Origin: a virus
Virus genome (UHGV): UHGV-0474209
Strand: one strand, 5' to 3'
DNA: 41,825 nucleotides
The notes under the pieces are model-generated. The model did not search any database and had not been told where the DNA came from. It saw only the letters and a list, made by a program, of their open reading frames with translations. Position numbers and translations under genes: made by a program. Every line of letters starts with the position of its first letter. Within the stretch, counting starts at the first letter, position 1. Positions 17,518 through 26,393 of the stretch are shown here, piece after piece.

Positions 17518-18324
17518 TTAATCCTTCTTTATTTCATCTTCTAACGACTCTATTTTTTTCATCAATAAATCCATTTTTTTGTGTAAACTTTCGATTTCAT
17601 CGTCTTTAGTATCCTTGCCTGCATTGAAATATTCAGTGATTGTGGAAGTGAGCATACCTATAAAACCAATCCCTAGAAACATTAATAGAATAGCAGCTAT
17701 ACGTCCTAATGGTGTATTTGGAGATATATCGCCATACCCAACAGTTGTAGTTGTAACTACGGCCCACCAAATTGAGTCGACAAAAGCGACACTTTCTGCT
17801 ATAGAATACATAGTGGCTGAAATCAGTATCAGAACCACACTGACATACAAAGCATTTCTAAAATTATTAGTTTTAAGAAAACCATCTATCCTATTAGTCA
17901 ATTTTCCGGTAATCCCAACTAGTCTACTAAGTTTAAATAGTCTTGTTACCCTTGCTATCCGAAAAACTCGTGCAAGCCTGAAGAATGAAAAAATAGAGTT
18001 GAAGGGAATAATTGCAATAAGATCAAACATGTTTTTCAAGAAAAACTGTTTTTTATTTTCAGCCTTAATTAGTCTCGAAAAATAATCATAAGCAAATACT
18101 ATTAATATAGCGGAGTCTATTGTTTTAAATGGATTTTTCGAAATGCTGATGATGTTAGAAAAATCCAGTACTACTAAGACAATCGAAAAAACAGCTAACA
18201 CAATGATAGTAAAATCATAGATATTCTTTTTTGTAAATCTCAAATAGATCACCCTATTCTGATATAATATCAATATTTCATCAATCTTAGTAATAGGGTT
18301 GAGTTGAAGTCCGTGTGCCAGCAC
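17518..18324 (-). CDS. voltage-gated K+ channel homolog (6TM Kv-type: S1-S4 voltage sensor, pore TTVGYGD, S6, C-terminal coiled-coil)
   Basis: S4 RLARVFRIARVTRLFKLSRL with basic residue every third position; selectivity filter TVGYGD; six hydrophobic helices; true start probably internal (GTG ~18252 or TTG ~18243 with AGGGTGA RBS) since the 18324 codon is CTG. Confidence 0.8.
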   Translation of the reverse strand: MLAHGLQLNPITKIDEILILYQNRVIYLRFTKKNIYDFTIIVLAVFSIVLVVLDFSNIISISKNPFKTIDSAILIVFAYDYFSRLIKAENKKQFFLKNMFDLIAIIPFNSIFSFFRLARVFRIARVTRLFKLSRLVGITGKLTNRIDGFLKTNNFRNALYVSVVLILISATMYSIAESVAFVDSIWWAVVTTTTVGYGDISPNTPLGRIAAILLMFLGIGFIGMLTSTITEYFNAGKDTKDDEIESLHKKMDLLMKKIESLEDEIKKD

Positions 18325-18332
18325 GGGCTTTT

Positions 18333-18737
18333 TTATCCTAAATTTCTCATTGATTCACGTACATATCTTTCTAAACTCCAAGGAATTTTATAATACTCCA
18401 TGAATTTAACAGCATTTAGTTGTTCTTTATCAAAATCGTATTCGTTAGACCAAATAAATAATAGTATCTCTATAGCAATTCGATTGGCTTCAAATTCTAA
18501 CTTTCGCCGACTATATCCAGTAGCATTATAATATGCAGATAATTCTTCATGTTTTTTGATACAGTGAGCTAGTTCGTGAGATACTTCAAAGTCAGAATTT
18601 TCATTAAGGAGCTCATTGTTTAAAAAAATCGTTTTCTCCTCAGCAAAATAAAAACCACTTCTTTTCATATCTACAAAGCACAGTTCTAAACCCAAATTCT
18701 CTACGAGGTTCAATAAGTGATTATTAATTTCATGCAT
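18333..18737 (-). CDS. ImmA/IrrE-family zinc metallopeptidase (anti-repressor protease)
   Basis: HEXXH motif SHELAHCIKKHE; immediately downstream of XRE repressor as in ImmR-ImmA pairs. Confidence 0.8.
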   Translation of the reverse strand: MHEINNHLLNLVENLGLELCFVDMKRSGFYFAEEKTIFLNNELLNENSDFEVSHELAHCIKKHEELSAYYNATGYSRRKLEFEANRIAIEILLFIWSNEYDFDKEQLNAVKFMEYYKIPWSLERYVRESMRNLG

Positions 18738-18757
18738 AAATTATTAATCACTTCACT

Positions 18758-19069
18758 TTATTTGTTTTCCGCAGCCCGCTTTGCAGCTAATACAGATTTT
18801 AAAAACTCTACTTCTTCATCCGAAACAGGTTCGCCATCGAATGCAAATACACCATGCTTTTCTGCTAAAGAAGTCTTTTCTTCGCGTCCTAACAAATAGT
18901 CGACGGAGACTCCAAAATAGTCAGCTAGACGGGGCAATTCATCAGCGTTAGGAGTGTTTGTTTTCCATTTGGCTAAATATCCATTTGAATAGCCGAATCT
19001 CATTTCTAACTGCCTTATAGAAATCTTCTTTTTCTTGGCAAGCTCTTTTATGATTTCATAAGTATTCAT
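18758..19069 (-). CDS. XRE-family HTH repressor (CI/ImmR-like)
   Basis: N-terminal HTH ISIRQLEMRFGYSNGYLAKWK; divergent from cro-like gene. Confidence 0.8.
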   Translation of the reverse strand: MNTYEIIKELAKKKKISIRQLEMRFGYSNGYLAKWKTNTPNADELPRLADYFGVSVDYLLGREEKTSLAEKHGVFAFDGEPVSDEEVEFLKSVLAAKRAAENK

Positions 19070-19164
19070 TGATTTTGCAACCTTTCTGAATGCTCACAAA
19101 AAAAGTTTAGAAAAATACGCAGAATAAACTTGAAAAATTCTGAATGATAGTCTATACTTATTTT

Positions 19165-19178
19165 TGTAAACAAGTTCG
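19165..19178. promoter_or_regulatory. candidate operator site TGTAAACAAGTTCG (copy A) in cI-cro intergenic region
   Basis: Exact reverse-complement copy at 19327-19340; overlaps putative -35 of repressor promoter. Confidence 0.4.
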
Positions 19179-19326
19179 TTAATAAAAAAGACAACAAAAA
19201 ATAAAACTGATTAAAGTAAGCTGACCGGCAAGAAAGCTATAAATCAATATTTTATGTCTTATTTAACTATGCCTCTAGTATAGAGTAATACTCAGCACAA
19301 GTCAATATAGTTTAAAAAATAGTTTT

Positions 19327-19340
19327 CGAACTTGTTTACA
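19327..19340. promoter_or_regulatory. candidate operator site CGAACTTGTTTACA (copy B, inverted)
   Basis: Reverse complement of 19165-19178, 27 nt upstream of cro-like ATG. Confidence 0.4.
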
Positions 19341-19366
19341 TTTCAACATAGAAAGGAGCAGCGTAG

Positions 19367-19549
19367 ATGGCTAATGCACAGGAGACAAGACAAAAAATAT
19401 TGGATCATTTCAAAGCGAATGGTTGGAGCATACCAGATGTTGCTAGCGCTTTGAATATTACTGAGCAGTACCTACGAAAAATATTGAACAATCCAGAAGA
19501 CCATTGGAAGCAGATCACGGATATCATATCACGATACAAAATCAGATAG
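19367..19549 (+). CDS. Cro-like small HTH regulator (60 aa)
   Basis: HTH WSIPDVASALNITEQYLRKIL; first gene of rightward early operon; AAAGGAG RBS. Confidence 0.6.
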   Translation: MANAQETRQKILDHFKANGWSIPDVASALNITEQYLRKILNNPEDHWKQITDIISRYKIR

Positions 19550-19561
19550 GAGGTTGAAATC

Positions 19562-19864
19562 ATGAAGAAGCCGACGTTAGCAGAGTTAATCGAATCCGCA
19601 GAAAAGAATATGAAACCAGACGACTGGTATCGTCAGGGCTTAATCCTAAAAATGTTTCACGGGATGTCGAAGACAACTCTCGTTGAGTACTGCAAAGAGA
19701 TGGAAGCCATCGACGAATTCAAAGAAGGAATTCTCAGGCCAGGACATTCAACAACTTTCATTCATGTCCATACGTTCATTTGGTTTTTACGATGGAAAGA
19801 TGAGAACAAATACAGAACTAAAAAAGTAACGCCTAAAGAAATTTTGAAGGAGGCGACAGCATGA
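19562..19864 (+). CDS. hypothetical early protein (100 aa), possible DNA-binding/excisionase-like
   Basis: ORF with AGGAGG RBS. Confidence 0.4.
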   Translation: MKKPTLAELIESAEKNMKPDDWYRQGLILKMFHGMSKTTLVEYCKEMEAIDEFKEGILRPGHSTTFIHVHTFIWFLRWKDENKYRTKKVTPKEILKEATA

Positions 19865-20139
19865 ATGATGATAAATCAAAAGAGACCGGAAATATATTCG
19901 AAGGTTTGAGCTTCAAATATCCGCCAGTCTCAAAAGAAGAATATGAACAAGCTTATGAAGAATATGTTAAGCGTTGTTCAGATCAACAAATCAAAATTCA
20001 TAAAGGAAATTCAAAATGCGGAAGCAATGTTGAGGTGAAAAACACAATCGAGGCAAAAAGAATCGTGACAGAACTGATTGATAAAGAAACAGTTTCAATC
20101 ACGATTAATCAAAAAAATGGGATAAAGTGCAACCTGTGA
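19861..20139 (+). CDS. hypothetical protein (92 aa)
   Basis: ORF, overlapping start/stop ATGA with upstream gene. Confidence 0.35.
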   Translation: MNDDKSKETGNIFEGLSFKYPPVSKEEYEQAYEEYVKRCSDQQIKIHKGNSKCGSNVEVKNTIEAKRIVTELIDKETVSITINQKNGIKCNL

Positions 20140-20278
20140 CAGCTAACGGCGATAAATTTTCTGACGTAAATAATTGCTATCACTAGCATCAAATAGGCCT
20201 TCGTAGTTCGAGGTCAAACCGCCGATAAACAGTCGATCTTGCCTAGTAATTACTTGGAAAATCAGAGGAGGTTAAAAA

Positions 20279-21196
20279 TTGAATGAAGTAAAAAATTTGT
20301 TCGACTATTCAATAGTGGATGATCGGACTGCTAGCTTTCTCAAAGTTAAAGAGCAGGAAATGAGGACAATCGTTTTGAATGGTTCGATTCAACTTGGTGA
20401 CAAACTGATCGAGGCGCAAGAAAAATTAGCAAAATACAATTCTGGCACATTCGAGAAGTGGTTTTCGTCAATCGGGTTAAAAAAACAAACAGTTTACAAC
20501 TACATTAATCAAGCGAAATTCGTCCATCAAATGGACGAATCAGAACAAATCAATATATTCCAAGAACTTCCGATGACCTTGAGAACAGAAGTTTCTAAAC
20601 CTTCAGCTCAACCTGAAGCAGTCGAGTTAGTTCTATCTGGCGATATAAAAACCACAAAGGAATATCGTGAATTAGAAAAGCAACTAAAAAAGAAAGATGA
20701 ACAAATCGATAACCTTTCAGAAGTGATCAATGACATGAGTGTTCAACAACCAAGAGTCATTGAAAAGGAAGTGGTTGTTGAAAAAGTTCCGGATGATTAC
20801 GAAAATTTGAAACAATCCTATTCACAATTAGAAGAACGAAGTTCGCAACTAGAATCAAACTATAGAGATTTGTTAGCCGAACGAAAAGAAGTGGATGAGA
20901 AATCGTCTAAGTATGAACAACTATCAAAGGCGATCAACCAAGCCGAAGACAAACTGAGTGAAACCCAGCGACTTATTTCCAACTACAAGAATCTATCAGA
21001 TGTATTAGAAAAATCGAATGAGTTATTGTCAGAGGCGAGCGCTCTAATCTATCAGGATTTGTCAGAAGTAATCAGTCGGGATGGACTTGCAAAAAGAGAG
21101 CTAGACTTTCTAACCGAAAGGTTGGAGAAATTTTTATCAGACTTAAAATTAATCAGCAAAAACAACATATTGGAAGGAGAGGTTATCAATGAGTAA
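20279..21196 (+). CDS. hypothetical early protein with N-terminal globular domain and long acidic coiled-coil (305 aa, TTG start)
   Basis: ORF with AGAGGAGG RBS. Confidence 0.45.
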   Translation: MNEVKNLFDYSIVDDRTASFLKVKEQEMRTIVLNGSIQLGDKLIEAQEKLAKYNSGTFEKWFSSIGLKKQTVYNYINQAKFVHQMDESEQINIFQELPMTLRTEVSKPSAQPEAVELVLSGDIKTTKEYRELEKQLKKKDEQIDNLSEVINDMSVQQPRVIEKEVVVEKVPDDYENLKQSYSQLEERSSQLESNYRDLLAERKEVDEKSSKYEQLSKAINQAEDKLSETQRLISNYKNLSDVLEKSNELLSEASALIYQDLSEVISRDGLAKRELDFLTERLEKFLSDLKLISKNNILEGEVINE

Positions 21197-21662
21197 TCAG
21201 CTATTAGAACTAGAGAAAACCCTAGAAAATCAATTAGTTTTGGTGAAAGAAATGCGCCTAATCAAGAGCGACGTTTCTAAGATGAAGGAGGAAATTACGA
21301 AGGATGTTCAAGAATTGCGAGATAGTATCACATTGAACCGTCACGAAGGAGCAGAAATTCAGTCAGCAGTTGGGAAGAAAGCATGGGATTTAGCAAAAGA
21401 ATACTTCGATCATAAAGTGTCAGATGATTTGTTTTTGGATAAAGTTGGGCACTTCCGCGGAATCATCTACAAGCGATTAAAAGAAACTTTTAATGTACCG
21501 AGATACTATGATATTCGCCGCATTGATTTTACTAGGTCAAAACAAGTTATAGAAATCGTGTCATTAAGCAACTTAAAAGACTACCAATTGCGATTAACAG
21601 CACGGCAAAAAGAAATAGCTTACTTGAATGCTGATAATGTTGATGGATTAGAGATTGTTTAA
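21189..21662 (+). CDS. hypothetical protein (157 aa), ORF6C/antirepressor-C-terminal-like
   Basis: ORF overlapping upstream stop; weak family resemblance. Confidence 0.4.
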   Translation: MSNQLLELEKTLENQLVLVKEMRLIKSDVSKMKEEITKDVQELRDSITLNRHEGAEIQSAVGKKAWDLAKEYFDHKVSDDLFLDKVGHFRGIIYKRLKETFNVPRYYDIRRIDFTRSKQVIEIVSLSNLKDYQLRLTARQKEIAYLNADNVDGLEIV

Positions 21663-21676
21663 GTGGAGGGGAGAAA

Positions 21677-21829
21677 ATGAAACAAATCAACCTAGCTACA
21701 ACAATCATGTGCATGTTAGCTATCCCAGTTTTTTCAAAATTTAGTATGCTGGCAGCTTATGGATACATCGGAATCTTTCTCCTAGCGATCGGATGGGAAA
21801 AGAAAAAGCCAGCCGAGGGGGCTGACTAG
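21677..21829 (+). CDS. small membrane protein (50 aa, two hydrophobic helices)
   Basis: GGAGGGGAG RBS; MKQINLATTIMCMLAIPVFSKFSMLAAYGYIGIFLLAIGWEKKK. Confidence 0.3.
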   Translation: MKQINLATTIMCMLAIPVFSKFSMLAAYGYIGIFLLAIGWEKKKPAEGAD

Positions 21830-21831
21830 AG

Positions 21832-21987
21832 ATGGAAAATAAATATGTGGAAGAACTTAGGCAAGAAATAAAAAGATTAAAACTAGAAAATAAACAGTTA
21901 ATTTTGCTAAATCAAATACTTAATGATGCTACTAAAAAATATAGTGAGGCATTAAGAAACTTACTTAACTACTTATCTGAAGATTGA
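21832..21987 (+). CDS. small coiled-coil protein (51 aa)
   Basis: ORF; 3' end overlaps convergent minus-strand gene. Confidence 0.3.
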   Translation: MENKYVEELRQEIKRLKLENKQLILLNQILNDATKKYSEALRNLLNYLSED

Positions 21988-22685
21988 TTGAATTCAAGTG
22001 ATTCATCTACATCGAGATCTGCATCAATGATTTTGATAGAGGAATTTAGAAAACGTTTAAGATCTTGTAAATCGCGGTCTGTGTTTCTCCGCTCGTAATG
22101 AGTTTCATCGTTACCGAGATACGCAACTGACAAAGCTAAATTTTGTATTTTTGGATATTCATTCATATATTTTTGAATTACTTGCTTTAAAAACATTTTC
22201 TTAATTTTATCCTCATCGTTAGGATGTCTTTTGATAGCGTAATCCTTGTACAAAAATTCGGCAGCTTTTCGATAAGCGACTCCATCGATCTTATCTAATC
22301 CATGGTTTTCTGCAATAACTGATTGTTCATATATATTTGCGAATTCAGGAGACAGCTCAACAATATTTTGTGGGATATCAATATCTATTGGTGGATTATA
22401 AGAAAAACTCACTCGAGTCCATTTGTCTCCAATGTTTGTGTATTGGGAAACGAAATATTTTCTACAGTCAACAGCCATACATTTTAGAAGTACTCCTACA
22501 TTGGCCATATTCACATTTGAATCGGTAGTTATCGCGTTCAGAACTAAGGGAGCAGAGGTTTTTCCGCAATGTGGGCATCTATCAGGAATATCAACAGTAA
22601 TCTCTCCTGTGTATGCGTTAGAAGAACGGCCAGCAGGTCTAGCTTGAAAAGTAACTTTTATTGATTCTAACAATTTTTTCACCAT
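21969..22685 (-). CDS. counter-oriented protein with N-terminal CxxC...CxxC zinc ribbon and C-terminal DUF4145/HEPN-like domain (238 aa); defence/Abi candidate
   Basis: Minus-strand gene embedded in plus-strand early operon; CPHCG ... CMAVDC motifs; C-terminal helical domain. Confidence 0.55.
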   Translation of the reverse strand: MVKKLLESIKVTFQARPAGRSSNAYTGEITVDIPDRCPHCGKTSAPLVLNAITTDSNVNMANVGVLLKCMAVDCRKYFVSQYTNIGDKWTRVSFSYNPPIDIDIPQNIVELSPEFANIYEQSVIAENHGLDKIDGVAYRKAAEFLYKDYAIKRHPNDEDKIKKMFLKQVIQKYMNEYPKIQNLALSVAYLGNDETHYERRNTDRDLQDLKRFLNSSIKIIDADLDVDESLEFNQSSDK

Positions 22686-22727
22686 CCAGTTTTTAAACCA
22701 TTATATCAAATTGAAAGGGGTGAGTGG

Positions 22728-22871
22728 ATGAGTTATGAGGAACACATAAAGCTAATGGAAAAAGCAAATAGAGAATATTATAACTATCATGAGTCAATTT
22801 TGTTAGCAAAGCAAATTATCGAAAAACAAAAAAAAGCTCACTACGCCGGCAAGCAATTAGTGAGCAAATGA
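22728..22871 (+). CDS. small hypothetical protein (47 aa)
   Basis: ORF with GAAAGGGGTGAG RBS. Confidence 0.25.
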   Translation: MSYEEHIKLMEKANREYYNYHESILLAKQIIEKQKKAHYAGKQLVSK

Positions 22872-22899
22872 AAAAATATATTTCTAAGGAGAGAATAAC

Positions 22900-23229
22900 A
22901 TGATTAACGAAAAAATTCAAAATTTATTGAAAGAACTACAACGGGAATGTGAAAAGGAAGGTGTATCAGCACTTTGTACACTCCATAAAGAAGCGAATGC
23001 CTTACAACTGCTTGTTGGTGGATTACCCGATGTAGCTGCACTCTTAGCGATTCAAGAAAGTGAATTAGACAACAAGTTACTGGTTCCCGTGAAACTATTA
23101 AGGAATGCAGGATTAGAGGCATTGGGGATGGAAACGGGGAAAACTATGCCCGATCATACCTTTGTTCTTAATAATGTAAACGATATTCCAGATGTCCTTG
23201 AACGTATTAGGAAAGGTGAATTCGAATGA
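22900..23229 (+). CDS. hypothetical protein (109 aa)
   Basis: ORF with AAGGAGAG RBS. Confidence 0.4.
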   Translation: MINEKIQNLLKELQRECEKEGVSALCTLHKEANALQLLVGGLPDVAALLAIQESELDNKLLVPVKLLRNAGLEALGMETGKTMPDHTFVLNNVNDIPDVLERIRKGEFE

Positions 23230-23334
23230 GTTTCGATTATGACACTGCAATGGCTGATCCTGATAACCACGTTTTCATAAATGTTACTCAATCAGGGGCA
23301 GAAGATAAGCCAGAGAACATGGAGGGATGGGCTG

Positions 23335-24276
23335 ATGATTAGTTCAATAATGAAAATGGCTCGTATAGATTGGTTGTTAGACCGCAGAAAAGGAATAGGC
23401 GGTTCAGATGTAGCAGCCATTATGGGATTAAATAAATGGAAATCTGCCTATCAAATTTGGTTAGAAAAAACAGGACAGGTTGGATTATCTGAATCAGACA
23501 GCGAGCCAGCTTATTGGGGAACGGTTTTGGAAGAGGTTGTAGCAAAAGAATTCGCCGTGCGGACTGGAAAAAAAGTCCGTCGGCGTAATCAAGTATTTGA
23601 ACATCCAGAATATCCATTTCTTAGAGCGAATATTGATCGTGATGTAGTAGGAGAAAAAGCGATATTGGAGTGCAAAACAGCGAATCAATTTCTTAGCAAA
23701 GAATGGGATGGTGAGGAAGTCCCGCTTAGTTATCTGTGTCAAGTACAACATTATATGAATGTTCTTGATAGAGATTATTGCTATTTTGCTGTATTGATCG
23801 GTGGTCAAAAATTCATCTGGAAACGCATTGAACGAGATCAAGAATTGATTGACTCAATCACCAAACGCTTAATTGAATTTTGGGAAGAAAATGTAATTAA
23901 AGGCATAGAACCATCTATTGATGGCAGTGATGCCACTAAAAAATTCTTGAATGCTCATTATAACGAAGAAGGATTGAACGAAATTACTCTTTCAAATCAT
24001 TTTGATGAATTAATTGAAAGTAAAAAGCAACTAAAAGAAACTGAAAAATCAATCAAGATCCAAATACAAGAAATTGATAATCAAATTAAATCAGAGCTAG
24101 GGAAAAGGAATGCAGTAATAGGGATTTCTCCTAAACATGTCATCTCTTGGAAACAACAAAATAGAATGACATTAGACAAGAAACTATTGACTGAGAAATA
24201 CCCTGAAGTTGCAAATGATTCCAGCATATACAAAACATCAAGTTATAAAAAATTAGTTGAAAAGGAGATTGGCTAA
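23335..24276 (+). CDS. YqaJ-like viral recombinase-domain exonuclease (lambda Exo-like PD-(D/E)XK)
   Basis: GGSDVAAIMGLNKW...ECKT motif region; paired with downstream RecT; RBS GGAGGG before ATG 23335 (longer ORF from 23281 possible). Confidence 0.7.
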   Translation: MISSIMKMARIDWLLDRRKGIGGSDVAAIMGLNKWKSAYQIWLEKTGQVGLSESDSEPAYWGTVLEEVVAKEFAVRTGKKVRRRNQVFEHPEYPFLRANIDRDVVGEKAILECKTANQFLSKEWDGEEVPLSYLCQVQHYMNVLDRDYCYFAVLIGGQKFIWKRIERDQELIDSITKRLIEFWEENVIKGIEPSIDGSDATKKFLNAHYNEEGLNEITLSNHFDELIESKKQLKETEKSIKIQIQEIDNQIKSELGKRNAVIGISPKHVISWKQQNRMTLDKKLLTEKYPEVANDSSIYKTSSYKKLVEKEIG

Positions 24277-25126
24277 TATGGCAACGAACAGTTCGTTAAA
24301 AAATCAGCTTGCAGAAAATAGTCAGAAGCAAGTTAATCCAAGCAAATTGGGTCTGAAAGCATTAATGAATACGCCGACGATGCGAAAAAAATTTGAAGAT
24401 GTATTAAAAGATAAGTCAGATGGTTTTATGGCCAGTGTTCTTAATTTAGTAAGCAATGATTCCTATTTATCTTCAGTAGAACCTATGAGCATTATAACTA
24501 GTGCAATGGTAGCAGCATCATTAGATTTACCTGTAGATAAAAATTTAGGTTATGCATGGATCGTTCCTTATCGTGGAAAAGCTCAATTTCAGCTCGGATA
24601 CAAAGGATACATTCAATTAGCCCAACGATCAGGACAGTATAAAGCACTTAATGTGATTGAAGTCTATGAAGGTGAATTGAAAGGTTGGAATCGTCTAACA
24701 GAAGAATTTGAGTTTGATCAAAGCGGACGACAGTCAAATCAGGTAATCGGTTATGTAGGATATTTTGAGTTACTAAACGGATTCAAAAAGACTGTTTATT
24801 GGACGAAGCAAGAAATCGATCGGCACAAACAGAAGTTTAGCAAATCAGATTTTGGATGGAAAAACGATTACGATGCTATGGCCAAGAAGACAGTATTACG
24901 AAATATGCTTTCTAAATGGGGAATATTATCTATTGAGATGCAGAAAGCGACGATTACTGACGAAACGATTGTTAATGATGTTACAGAAGATGGCAGCATC
25001 ATTTCTGAGACAGAAATAGAAGATGGCTCTGAAAGAAAAGAAGCGGAGCCTATTATTGATCAATCAAATGATCAAACAGAAGAACAGACGGCTTTATTTG
25101 ATGATACAAAGCCACCACTTAAATAA
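24257..25126 (+). CDS. recT: RecT-family single-strand annealing protein
   Basis: NLGYAWIVPYRGKAQFQLGYKGYIQLAQRSGQYKAL... characteristic RecT core. Confidence 0.8.
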   Translation: MKRRLANMATNSSLKNQLAENSQKQVNPSKLGLKALMNTPTMRKKFEDVLKDKSDGFMASVLNLVSNDSYLSSVEPMSIITSAMVAASLDLPVDKNLGYAWIVPYRGKAQFQLGYKGYIQLAQRSGQYKALNVIEVYEGELKGWNRLTEEFEFDQSGRQSNQVIGYVGYFELLNGFKKTVYWTKQEIDRHKQKFSKSDFGWKNDYDAMAKKTVLRNMLSKWGILSIEMQKATITDETIVNDVTEDGSIISETEIEDGSERKEAEPIIDQSNDQTEEQTALFDDTKPPLK

Positions 25127-25165
25127 CGAGGGAGATAATTCTCCCTCTGAATTGGAGGTGAAGCT

Positions 25166-26104
25166 GTGGCAAGACCAACAAAGAACGGTCTTGATTATTT
25201 TCCTCTTGATGTTCACATTTTTGAAGATGAAAAAATAGAAGCCATTGCTGGTGAATTTGGTATCAAAGGTGAGCTTGCAGTAATCAAACTGTTATGCGCG
25301 GTATATGAAAAAGGATACTTCGTTGTATGGAATGACCTGACCAAAGCTAAACTTTTGAAAAGACTACCGGGCACCAGCAAGGATTTGTTAGAGCAAGTTG
25401 TCAACCGCTTAGTTACATGGGAATTTTTTAATAAAGACCTGTTTAACTCGGCTAAGGTATTGACCAGCAAAAAAATCCAAGACAACTATTTTGAAGCAAC
25501 GAAAAGAAGGAAAATGCCAAAACCATCACAATACGTTATTAATGCTGACAATAACTCACAAGTAAAGGGAGTTAATGTAGACATTAATCCACAAAGTAAA
25601 GTAAATAAAACTAAAGTAAATAAAACTAAAGCTTCTGAAACTAGTATTACTAAAAATTCAGAAGATAGTGCTGTGCGTTATTGGCTCAATCAAGTCAACC
25701 CAGCAGAAGCACCATTCATTACTCAATCCATTCAGCATTGGGTAAATGACTTTGGAGGTCAGGACGAAATTATCATTTTAGCGATTGATGACATGTTGAA
25801 GCATGGCGCTAGAAGCTATAAATATCTTGACGCTGTGCTAAGAAGCTGGGAAAACAAGCAATTAGATACCGTTGAGAAAGTGAAGCGCCAGCTTGAAAGT
25901 CATTATGCTAAGCCAAGCAATAAGACTAAGAGCCGCAACTCGTTCAAGCAAGTAACAAACTACGGCGAGACATTGTACACGTATTACGAGCAGGAACTCC
26001 GCTTTTCGCCAAATATGACGTTCGATGAGTATGTCGCTAAGAAGCGCCTAAATGAGCGTGACCGACAAGCATTAGAACAATACGTTCACAGTCTGGGGGA
26101 GTGA
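25166..26104 (+). CDS. replication initiation/replisome organizer protein, Lin1244-like N-terminal domain + DnaD-like C-terminal domain
   Basis: N-term MARPTKNGLDYFPLDV...; C-term DnaD-domain-like (YKYLDAVLRSWENKQLDTVEKV); internal iterons. Confidence 0.7.
   Translation: MARPTKNGLDYFPLDVHIFEDEKIEAIAGEFGIKGELAVIKLLCAVYEKGYFVVWNDLTKAKLLKRLPGTSKDLLEQVVNRLVTWEFFNKDLFNSAKVLTSKKIQDNYFEATKRRKMPKPSQYVINADNNSQVKGVNVDINPQSKVNKTKVNKTKASETSITKNSEDSAVRYWLNQVNPAEAPFITQSIQHWVNDFGGQDEIIILAIDDMLKHGARSYKYLDAVLRSWENKQLDTVEKVKRQLESHYAKPSNKTKSRNSFKQVTNYGETLYTYYEQELRFSPNMTFDEYVAKKRLNERDRQALEQYVHSLGE
25595..25630. repeat. tandem 15-nt direct repeats AAAGTAAATAAAACT (x2+) inside replication initiator gene; candidate ori iterons
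   Basis: Seen directly; encodes SKVNKTKVNKTKA linker. Confidence 0.4.
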
Positions 26105-26108
26105 TAGA

Positions 26109-26393
26109 ATGACTGATTTAGAATTGGCAGACGCAATCACTTCGTTGTTACCCGATGACTATCGAGAAAAGTTGAGGGGAACACAAGAACGCTTTGAAAA
26201 GACCATGGAGCAAACGAAACTAGACACCAAAGAATCGAACGAATGTTTTTGTCGATACATGGAGATTTATTGGCTAGCGGTTTATAACGGGCGATACGAA
26301 TACAGTGCGTTGCAAAAGCTAGAGTATTCCGAATGGCGCAAACGTGCAAAAGAGATGCTACAAAGATTGCAACGTAAGGCGGTGACCGCATGA
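26109..26393 (+). CDS. hypothetical protein (94 aa)
   Basis: ORF. Confidence 0.35.
   Translation: MTDLELADAITSLLPDDYREKLRGTQERFEKTMEQTKLDTKESNECFCRYMEIYWLAVYNGRYEYSALQKLEYSEWRKRAKEMLQRLQRKAVTA

Noticed and set aside
17579-18085. Plus-strand 168-aa ORF overlapping the K+ channel gene
   Set aside because: It is antisense to a gene with unmistakable channel motifs. Its low-complexity translation is typical of a shadow ORF.
18305-18336. Hairpin CCGTG-TGCCAG-CACGG + T-run between immA and the channel gene as an operon-breaking terminator
   Set aside because: The T-run follows the hairpin only on the plus strand, whereas the genes are on the minus strand. On the minus strand it is an A-run followed by a hairpin, which does not terminate. 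So repressor, ImmA and channel are probably co-transcribed.
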